Assembly: GCA_029974275.1 (NCBI GenBank)
Contig: JARKSN010000242.1
Location: 1-23,412 of the forward strand
Direction of reading: 5' to 3'
Source: Candidatus Hydrogenedentota bacterium
GTDB taxonomy: Bacteria > Hydrogenedentota > Hydrogenedentia > Hydrogenedentales > SLHB01
Length of the DNA: 23,412 bases
The stretch's first letter is position 1, and each line of letters begins with the position of its first letter. The notes beneath the pieces were generated by a model. That model saw nothing but the letters and a program-made list of their open reading frames with translations, had not been told where the DNA came from and searched no databases. Both the position numbers and the translations under genes were made by a program. Of the stretch, positions 9,301-16,381 are shown one piece after another.

Positions 9301-12143
9301 TCCTTTTCCGCGGATGCCGCCGCCATGACGCCCAGCGCCACGGACGCCGGAAACATGACGCCCTCGGCCCGCGCGGCAATGACGCGCCCCCCTAATTCGA
9401 AGACATTGCCCATGACGTAAAGTTTCATGGGGAACGTGGCCTTCGCGGGCGGATTGTACGTGAACGGGAACGTTGCGTTTCCCGCGGCGTCGGTTTTTTG
9501 CTCGCCGATGTTGACGGAATCCGGCACGTAGTCGGAATCGTTGTCAAAACGATAGCCTTTCCACTTTTCCGACGTGAAACCGCCGCGGCGAAAAACGAGT
9601 TTCGCCGCGCTTTTACGATCGGCCGCGGGCGCGCCGAAAAGGTGCTGCGCCTGAATCTTCGCCACGTATTCCTTCCCCGCGACAAGGTTCTCCGCGGGAA
9701 GCGTTACGTCCGCCTTGATGCGGTTCGGCACGAATTCCTCGAGGCTGAAGGCGTATGTTCCGATCGGCTCGTTGTTGCCGGGCACGCTCAGGCGGACGAG
9801 ATACTTGCCCGTTGGGAAATCCTTTTTCGTTTCGATGTCGATGCCGCCCGTTCCGTGCGCGGACAAGGTCGTCGGCATCGTCAACAGCTCGCTGTTGTTC
9901 GGCTTCAACACAGACGCCAACAGCGGCACGTTGGCCATCGCGTCGCCGTAGTTCGTCCGTGCAATCCACCGCGCGTGGATCGTCTCGCCGGGGCGATAGA
10001 GATCGCGATCGGCGTACAAGAACGCGTCGTAGGCGTTGGCGTCGTAAACCGGCATCGTGTCCGAAAACGGCGTGATATCGTCCGCGCGCGGGTCAAGCTC
10101 CACGAACGAAAAATCATCGCCCGTCTCGATCACCGCGATGCAGGGACTGCCGAGGTTCTTGGTGAAGCCTTTGAACGAGACGATGCCGCGCGCGTCCGTA
10201 TTGGCCTGGCCCATCATCTGGTTTTTCTGCGAATGGACCGTCACCTTGGCTCCCGTGATGGGCGCCAACGAGAACAGGTCGTGCGCGAACAGGAACAACT
10301 CGTCGTCCTTCCAATGCGTGAGCGCGCCGATGTTCGTCCAAAGGAGAAGCTTGTGCGACGTCGCCTCTCCCGTCACGGACAATCCGAACACGCCTTTCTT
10401 GTCCTGCGGGAAAAGGGCGTCGAGATCGAGGTCCGTGGAGACGATTCGGTCCGGTATCGCGTCGAACGCGACGTCTTGGCTCGCAATCAATTCGCTCCAC
10501 CGCTCGTTGAATTCAAACGAGCCTTCGCCGTCGTTCATGGCGTTCACCGCGACCGCAATGTTCGAGGGAAACATGCGGAACAACGACACTTTCGCGCCCC
10601 GCATGTTGCGCGACTCAATGGGCAGCGCGCCGTCCATCCGTCGCGGAAAATAACATTTGCCCTCCCATCCGAAGCCAACGTACGGCGGGACCTGATCGGA
10701 CTTGATTGAATGCGGAATCGGCTCCTTGCTAACCAGGCCGCCGCCATATGGAAGCCCCGGCGTGATCACCATCAGGTATTCCTGATGCGACGTCCAATCG
10801 CCGAAGAGTAGAAAGCCGGTCCCGCCGTCCGGCTCGATGCGCAGGTTTGGGAGTTTGGGATCCAGGACAAGGTGGTTGCGCACATCGCTCGCCGCCGCTG
10901 TATCGTTGAGATAGACATGGTATGCGCGTCCCTCGCGTCCGCTGCGATAGTCCCACCAACTGTCTGAAATGACGAGCGGCTCGGGCGTGTGTTTGAGCGT
11001 GCAGGCATACGGCGCGCCGAGGACCGTCTGCGATGGGCCCGGCAGGTCCGCGTCCACGGCGACGTGCAATTCCATCTCCTCGGTTTTCGGCAGTTTGACG
11101 CGGATGCGCTGAATCTCGGCGCGATCCTCCGAGACGTTCTCAAAAGGAACGGCGTTTCCGGCGGCGTCTTTGAGCGCGAGGCGATTGGCCAAGTCGGCGG
11201 CCAGCACGGCTGCCGAAAATCGCAGGCGGAACGTCTGGGTCTCATCGCTGATCTCTTCCCAAACGCATTCGCGCACGGAAAAAGCCATGCTCTCGGGATA
11301 CAGCCCCTGCCATACTTGCGCCAGCTTCTGCGTTCCCGACGCGTCGGGAAGCCCCGCGCCGATGCTGACCGTCACCGGGAGCCTTTCGACGCCGCTCAAT
11401 AGCACGACGACGTGTTCGGGGCCAAAGTGGCGCGGCGCGACGTACGGCGCGGTCGAACCCGCGCTACTGGCGGACGGTTCCTCGACGATGGTGAACGGCA
11501 CGGGCGCCCCGTCCAGGCGTTTCACGCTGAGGTAATCGCGCAGGGCTTTTTTGTCCGGCGGAAGATAGAACAGGATGCCGAAGCCCGTTGTGTCATCGGC
11601 GCTCGGCAACGTGAAGAGATGCGCGACGCTGAACGGATGCGTGGGAAAGACGAGAACGCGCTGGTCATTGCGCAGCCCTTTCCCGTCGGTTGTTTGAATA
11701 TACGGGCTCAATTCCATTTTCAGCAGCAGCGTCGGCAACGGCTGTGCAAACGTCATCGTCACGTAATTCGGCCCCAGCCTTGTTTCTCCCGCCGCCGCCT
11801 GGCGCACTTTCTCGTTGTCGGTCACCGGCTGCAGTAACGCATTCAAGGGCCATCCCGGCGCAGGAGGAACGACGATGGGCTTGTCGAAAAAGACGATGAT
11901 GCGGTCGCGCAACATTTCGCCCGGCAGCGGCACGGCCCCGGCGATATGTAGACCGCCCGGAGTCGGCAACGGCGGCGCCGACATCTCTCCTTCACGACCA
12001 GTGGAAGCAGCAGGAGAGGCTGTGTCAGGAGGGGCGCCCTGCTGCGGCGTCTTGCCGCATCCCGGGGCCATCGTCAGCGACGCGGCCAAGAAAACCGCCG
12101 TCATCCATCCGCGCATCCCCAGTGCCGGCAAAGTCGTTTCCAT
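6321..12143 (-). CDS. Bacterial alpha-2-macroglobulin (YfhM-like), probable lipoprotein
   Basis: 1940 aa from ATG 12143 (AAGGGG SD; the ORF extends to 12221). Lipobox-like MAPG-C29. MG2 motif FLYADRDLYRPGETIH, EEFVPNR, VTLAAVDEGI, LPEFTGQLRLVAVA, PRFLLPGD. Thioester motif YPYGCVEQT (CVEQ at 7689-7700). C-terminal LLPAGFELEN...RDDR...YVVRAVTPG...AECMY. Confidence 0.93.
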   Translation of the reverse strand: METTLPALGMRGWMTAVFLAASLTMAPGCGKTPQQGAPPDTASPAASTGREGEMSAPPLPTPGGLHIAGAVPLPGEMLRDRIIVFFDKPIVVPPAPGWPLNALLQPVTDNEKVRQAAAGETRLGPNYVTMTFAQPLPTLLLKMELSPYIQTTDGKGLRNDQRVLVFPTHPFSVAHLFTLPSADDTTGFGILFYLPPDKKALRDYLSVKRLDGAPVPFTIVEEPSASSAGSTAPYVAPRHFGPEHVVVLLSGVERLPVTVSIGAGLPDASGTQKLAQVWQGLYPESMAFSVRECVWEEISDETQTFRLRFSAAVLAADLANRLALKDAAGNAVPFENVSEDRAEIQRIRVKLPKTEEMELHVAVDADLPGPSQTVLGAPYACTLKHTPEPLVISDSWWDYRSGREGRAYHVYLNDTAAASDVRNHLVLDPKLPNLRIEPDGGTGFLLFGDWTSHQEYLMVITPGLPYGGGLVSKEPIPHSIKSDQVPPYVGFGWEGKCYFPRRMDGALPIESRNMRGAKVSLFRMFPSNIAVAVNAMNDGEGSFEFNERWSELIASQDVAFDAIPDRIVSTDLDLDALFPQDKKGVFGLSVTGEATSHKLLLWTNIGALTHWKDDELFLFAHDLFSLAPITGAKVTVHSQKNQMMGQANTDARGIVSFKGFTKNLGSPCIAVIETGDDFSFVELDPRADDITPFSDTMPVYDANAYDAFLYADRDLYRPGETIHARWIARTNYGDAMANVPLLASVLKPNNSELLTMPTTLSAHGTGGIDIETKKDFPTGKYLVRLSVPGNNEPIGTYAFSLEEFVPNRIKADVTLPAENLVAGKEYVAKIQAQHLFGAPAADRKSAAKLVFRRGGFTSEKWKGYRFDNDSDYVPDSVNIGEQKTDAAGNATFPFTYNPPAKATFPMKLYVMGNVFELGGRVIAARAEGVMFPASVALGVMAAASAEKDGIDVFAAAIHPDETPANIGKVKITLEKQTWNYYVRRYYSHYEPKFDESFDPIETREVEVIDGKASAKFTVPEWGRYRVRVHSDATPQFSTLPFNRYWRDRIELTDSNRPSLIKVALDKSLYAIGEDAAVRIESPFDGQGIVVVQHESIQEMIPVTIRDGVGATTVRVTPDLFPNAWIEATVIHAVQTDRRQTYPFSSFAAIHLPVRDPKRILTVDFPNLPQEVRPATETRFEVEVHDAAGAPVQSEVTLAAVDEGIHAITDYKNPDPYAWLSRTRKPDYRRAHYYDKVAYDFAQPHIGGDAELAARAGVNDETWIKPVALWSGAVQTNVDGKASATFALPEFTGQLRLVAVAADMYATGAKGAQFYVRRPYSLRTSMPRFLLPGDQARCRATVFNTTDTPCTAHVAWTISGALQEASGAQDVNVPARGEASFAVPVAANNEIGQGEVRWETSVFDAEGKEIERFAEPAPLPVRPPAAYQTAHSAMVLQPGETREVRNDQFVEDERASLEISVSGSPLLQIEPALQYLIGYPYGCVEQTVSRLMPLYLLRQNAAIVNSELLRREPVDLYLKAGITRLFAMQTPDGGLSYWPGGQPPYPYGSIYALHFLTLVKRDREIEPAAEPFAALQRYVRNVAEGTFLPDEDAYEKRHGDAFLRAYALYALALDGDAKALQALSQWDDARLPEVARCLIAAALAQAAGDLERAQRILADAPAAPDGPLDDHMLLDSPVRTDAIRLIALCQLHHDPKGMRETAQRLVEHVKAYPNGRTTQEAAFVISALSAYLTRVAPDVSKASGTVAINGEQQTVHGANVHRDKRRGAGSVYTVTNTGAAPLYVTAILRGVPTTGGQEPIARKMSIARRVFTHDGKEHAGATFQQAETYVVGLRFGVDGPIAAKNVVVEALLPAGFELENPRLTEGAAPGNAFKTPVTPSYMDVRDDRVVLAFDALNNDSWHYYVVRAVTPGAYQEPGARAECMYEPEIQAATAAGMIEVQ

Positions 12144-12246
12144 CGCGCACCCCTTTTGCGGCGGCCACGCGGCCGCGTCTCCCCATGGCCCCACGAAACA
12201 CTCTCCCCTCGATCCTCGCACCGCTCCGCGTCGCGTCTACCGGAGA

Positions 12247-15200
12247 TCACGACGCGGGAGGGGGCGTGTGGCCGGAATCGCCGGGAGCGATCGCGCTTCG
12301 GCGAAGTTGCTTGATTTTCAACAGGAGATCGCGTGGGTTATACGGCTTCTGGATGCAGAGGGCGTTGGCGGCGCGCAAGAAAGTCGCGTCGAGCAAGCTG
12401 ACGCTGTAGCCGCTGGCGAATAGCACGGGCAGGCCCGGCCGGATGGCTTGGATGCGCTCGCATACCGCGCGGCCGCTCAATTTCGGCATGACGACATCCA
12501 GCAAGGCCACATCGATTTCGTTGGCGTGCCGGCGGAACACCGCGACGGCCTCTTCGCCATCGCGCGCGACCAGAACGTTGTATCCGGCTTGGATCAGTAT
12601 TTGCACGCCAAGGTTGCGCACGAGCTCCTCGTCTTCCGCCAAGAGGATGGTTCCGGTCCCTTTTTGCATCGGCACCGGCGTGAGCATGTAATCGGTCTCG
12701 GCTTCCGAGTCCGCGGCCGGCAGATAGAGCGTGAATGTCGTGCCGATGCCGGGTTCGCTGTGGACGCCGATCATGCCTTCGTGCTGTTTGGCAATTCCGT
12801 ATACGGTGGCAAGGCCGAGTCCTGTGCCGCGCCCCATTTCCTTGGTGGTGAAAAAGGGCTCGAAGATGCGGTCTTGGATGTCGGGATTGATTCCCATGCC
12901 GGTGTCCGAAACGGCCAAAGCCACGTATTCGCCCACTTTCGCCCAAGAATGCGTCTCCGTGTACTCCCGGTTGAGCGAGGTGTTGCAGGTGGCGATGGTT
13001 ACGCGCCCTCCGTTTGGCATGGCGTCGCGCGCGTTTACGCAAAGGTTCACGAGAATCTGGCCCATCTGGGCGGGGTCCGCGTAGACGGTCCGTAGGTCCG
13101 GCGTGGTGGAGACGTGCAATTCGATGTGTTCGCCGATGATGCGACGGAGCATTTTGGCGGTGTCGGCGATGACTTGGTTCAGGTTGATGTTTTTCCGTTG
13201 TAGGACTTCGCGGCGGCTGAAACTCAACAGTTGCCGGGTCAGCGTGGCGGCTTGCTCCGCGGCGCGCATCACTTCGCGCAAATCGCCGTAGTGTTCGTGC
13301 TCCTCCCCGAGTCCTTCCATGGCCAACTGAGTGTATCCCTGGATCGCCTGGAGCAAGTTGTTGAAATCATGCGCGACGCCGCCCGCCAATTGCCCCACCG
13401 CCTCCATCCGCTGCGCTTGACGAAGCTGGCTTTCGAGCTTGACCTGCTCGGTGATGTCGCGCTTTACCGCCACGTAGTTGATGATTCGTCCGGCGGCGTC
13501 GCGCACCGGCGAGATGGAAGCGTCTTCTTCGTAAAAAGTCCCGCCTTTCTTTTTGTTCGTGAAACGTCCCGTCCAGGTTTCTCCGCGCGAGATCGTCTCC
13601 CACAACTGCCGGTAAAATTCCTGGCTGTGCCGTCCGCTTTTGAGCACGCGCGGCGTGTGGCCGATAACATCCGCGCATGCGTGCCCGGTGGCTTGTTCGA
13701 ACGCCGGGTTTGCGTATTGGATAACGCCTTGGGGGTCTGTCACGACGATGATTTCGGCGGCTTGCTCCACCGCATGGGCAAGACGGGACACCTCGACCTG
13801 GCTCCGGCGAAGCGCCTGGGCTTTCACGTACAACGTCGCGATAAGACCCAACGCCAAGACGACCAAGACTGCGAAGGGAATATAGAATCCAGGTTTCAAG
13901 AAGAGCGGCGCGTGCACTTCGAAGGGGGCGCGGGCGGCATCGGGATCGATATTTCGGTCTTTGTCCGAAGCCCGCACCTCGAACTCATACATCCCGGCAG
14001 GCAGGCGCGGCGTCGCCACGGTCGTGGCCCGCGAAAAGCTGGACCACGGAACGACTTCGGAACCGTTCCGGGGGCGGACGATTCGCCAGGAGAAATCCAG
14101 CTCGTCGGAATGGGTTTCGCTCCAAGCATCGTATCCCGAGAACGAGAAGACCCCAGCGCCGCGAAAGGGAACGCTTTCCGGGTAGGCGGCCATGATCGTG
14201 CGGGGCGGTTCGCGATCGGGAATGTGGCGATAGACGCCGTAGTTGCGCGTGGCCACCCACATAACCCCTGCGGGGTGTTCGTAGATATGCGCCGCAATGT
14301 CGTTCGGCAGGCCGTCGTTGTGCGAGAAATTCGTCCAGCGGCCGTCCAGAAAGCGCGATATGCTCGAGTTTTCGGCTCCAAGCCATATCGAGCCGTCTAC
14401 AGACTCGCGCATGCAGACGATGCGGTTGCTCTGAACGCCCTGCTCGATGCGATAATCGACGCGGGTATGCTGGTCGATGACTACGATGCCCGAACCCAGC
14501 GTGCCCGCCCAAACGCGGCCGTCGCGGGCCAGACAGGCGAACGCCAGATAATTTTCAGGCGTGTATTCGTCTTGTTCCAGCAAGGAAGCGCTCGCGCCGT
14601 CTTTCCATACGCGGATGTCCACGCCCAGATCCAATCCGGAACACACCAGCAACGATCCGTCCCGCATTTCGGCCATGGATCGGATGGATCGGTTGTCGGG
14701 TTCGCCGGCGGGCAGGCACGGCGTCCATGCCCCGTCGGAGAGTTTGCGAACGCCTTTTTGTCCGTATACGTACAGGGTCCCGTCCGAGGCTTGAAAAAGG
14801 TTTCGGGGCATCGTTTCCGATGGCGCGGGCAGCGACTGCAGCACGCGTTGTTCCGTGAGGGAAAACTGGCGCACCGTCGAATCCAGCAGAATCCAGATCG
14901 CTCCGTCGCGAGGGGCTGTCATGTTGGCCACGTTGCCCTTTTCCGGAAAAGATGCCAGAACGTTCCAGCGTCCGTTGTCGAACTGGACAAACTCGCCGTG
15001 GCCATTCACGGCGAGGGGGGGCTGTTCCGGACTGGCATAGAAGGCATGGCCTTCCCGGATCACCATCCCGCGCGTATGCGTCAAGTTCTCCCATGCCGGA
15101 GGGCCGAAGCGGACAATTCCCTCCTTGGTGCCGATCCATCCCCTCCCCCGGCTGTCAAAGAAAATCGTCCGCACAAGGGGCGTTCCCAGCACGGCGCGGA

Positions 15201-16095
15201 AATGGATACTGCGCCACCCGTTTTCGCCGCGCAGGCATAATCCAGACCGGAACGTGCCCGCGATGATGCGACCGTCGGGCGTTCCCCCGACGAACACCGC
15301 GTCGGTCATATGAGGCGTGCCGGGATAGGTTGGATCCGGGCGCCACTCGGTCCCGTCGAAAAAGGTGGGGGCATCGCTGCCTGCCGCCCACAGACGGCCA
15401 TCCGGCGCTTGCCAAAGTGATTTGGCTTGCACGAAAGGATAGCGTTCCTTCGGAGGAAAATAGGTCCATTCCCCGCCTGCATGCCGGGCAATGCCGTCAA
15501 TGCCATGGGCGACCCAGATGGCGCCGTCCCTGGCCTCGAGGATTGCCCACACGGGATTTTCTCTCGTTTCGGGAGACTCGCGGAAAACCGACCATCGCGC
15601 CGAATCCATCGGCTTTGTTGCGGGCGTTCCCCCGCGGGAATCGTCGTACGCGATGATTCGGCCGCTCTCGCAGCCGAACAGAATCGTCCCCGTTTTCAGG
15701 CGATAGGCGGTTATCATGCGTGGATCTTGCAGCAGCGGCGACTGTGACGCCGTGAAAGCCGTCACATGACCGGCGCCGTCGATGTAGGCAATGCCCCCTT
15801 GGGTGGCGGCCCACACGTCGTTGTCCGCGCCGGGCGCAAGGCCCCGCGTGAAGTTCGACGGCATGCCGTCATCGGTCGTGAAAACACGCCATTCGCTCTC
15901 TTTGAGACGCGCCACGCCGCGCCCCCACGAGGTGAACCATAGAGCCCCATCGGGCGTTTCCAGGATGGAGCGGACATCCTCGAACGGCAGGTTGTCTGCG
16001 GGAAGGAAAGGGGAGGTCGTCCAGTTTTCCTGGCCCTGCGAGAGCGAAGATGCCGCCAACAAGGCAAAAACGCACGCTGCCTTAAGAACATTCAT
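12247..16095 (-). CDS. Hybrid histidine kinase with periplasmic beta-propeller (Reg_prop) and Y_Y_Y sensor, TM helix, PAS, HisKA, HATPase, REC
   Basis: Signal peptide MNVLKAACVFALLAASSLSQG (ATG 16095 with GAGGAGG SD; alternative TTG 16107). Repeated blades (ETPDGALWF, EARDGAIWV, FDSRGRGWIGT, ESVDGSIWLG, DGLPND); Y_Y_Y-like LPAGMYEFEVRASD; TM FYIPFAVLVVLALGLIATL; one PAS/PAC; LAGGVAHDFNNLL; NLCVNARDAM; receiver LDVVMPKLSG. Confidence 0.92.
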   Translation of the reverse strand: MNVLKAACVFALLAASSLSQGQENWTTSPFLPADNLPFEDVRSILETPDGALWFTSWGRGVARLKESEWRVFTTDDGMPSNFTRGLAPGADNDVWAATQGGIAYIDGAGHVTAFTASQSPLLQDPRMITAYRLKTGTILFGCESGRIIAYDDSRGGTPATKPMDSARWSVFRESPETRENPVWAILEARDGAIWVAHGIDGIARHAGGEWTYFPPKERYPFVQAKSLWQAPDGRLWAAGSDAPTFFDGTEWRPDPTYPGTPHMTDAVFVGGTPDGRIIAGTFRSGLCLRGENGWRSIHFRAVLGTPLVRTIFFDSRGRGWIGTKEGIVRFGPPAWENLTHTRGMVIREGHAFYASPEQPPLAVNGHGEFVQFDNGRWNVLASFPEKGNVANMTAPRDGAIWILLDSTVRQFSLTEQRVLQSLPAPSETMPRNLFQASDGTLYVYGQKGVRKLSDGAWTPCLPAGEPDNRSIRSMAEMRDGSLLVCSGLDLGVDIRVWKDGASASLLEQDEYTPENYLAFACLARDGRVWAGTLGSGIVVIDQHTRVDYRIEQGVQSNRIVCMRESVDGSIWLGAENSSISRFLDGRWTNFSHNDGLPNDIAAHIYEHPAGVMWVATRNYGVYRHIPDREPPRTIMAAYPESVPFRGAGVFSFSGYDAWSETHSDELDFSWRIVRPRNGSEVVPWSSFSRATTVATPRLPAGMYEFEVRASDKDRNIDPDAARAPFEVHAPLFLKPGFYIPFAVLVVLALGLIATLYVKAQALRRSQVEVSRLAHAVEQAAEIIVVTDPQGVIQYANPAFEQATGHACADVIGHTPRVLKSGRHSQEFYRQLWETISRGETWTGRFTNKKKGGTFYEEDASISPVRDAAGRIINYVAVKRDITEQVKLESQLRQAQRMEAVGQLAGGVAHDFNNLLQAIQGYTQLAMEGLGEEHEHYGDLREVMRAAEQAATLTRQLLSFSRREVLQRKNINLNQVIADTAKMLRRIIGEHIELHVSTTPDLRTVYADPAQMGQILVNLCVNARDAMPNGGRVTIATCNTSLNREYTETHSWAKVGEYVALAVSDTGMGINPDIQDRIFEPFFTTKEMGRGTGLGLATVYGIAKQHEGMIGVHSEPGIGTTFTLYLPAADSEAETDYMLTPVPMQKGTGTILLAEDEELVRNLGVQILIQAGYNVLVARDGEEAVAVFRRHANEIDVALLDVVMPKLSGRAVCERIQAIRPGLPVLFASGYSVSLLDATFLRAANALCIQKPYNPRDLLLKIKQLRRSAIAPGDSGHTPPPAS

Positions 16096-16319
16096 GCAGA
16101 GCCGCAACCTCCTCTAGTCGCGTCGCTTACGGCGTCGCCGGCAACGCGCCGTGAGGATGCCTTTCCCAAGCGCATGGCGTTGCTGCGTGAAGCGTTTCGC
16201 GAACGTGCCCTTCGAGACAATGCGTCTTTTTCATCTGGAAGACCGTAGCCGGGGCTTTGGGTCTCTGGGGTAATGCGCTTGTGAAAAATCCGGGCTTCCG
16301 TTTCCGAGACTCTAGCGGT

Positions 16320-16348
16320 AGTCTACCCTAAACACAGACACCTAGCAA
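16320..16348 (-). promoter_or_regulatory. Candidate sigma70 promoter for the propeller kinase and probably the downstream genes
   Basis: Minus strand TTGCTA-N17-TAGACT (-35 at 16343-16348, -10 at 16320-16325). Confidence 0.55.
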
Positions 16349-16381
16349 GAGGGATGGGCGATGTTGTGAGGAGGCGTGGGC

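Noticed and set aside
13231..15240. 669-aa + strand ORF, and similar long antisense ORFs (1175-2275, 3991-5361, 6672-7625, 9498-10709, 19049-19807, 21886-22509)
   Set aside because: They lie antisense to well-supported genes, show no recognisable motifs, and are the expected shadow of GC-rich codon usage.
16235..16270. c-di-GMP-I riboswitch call from GACCCAAAGCCCCGGCTACGG
   Set aside because: The adjacent GCAAA..GAAA tetraloop stem and the 3' pairing strand are missing; kept only as part of the leader finding.
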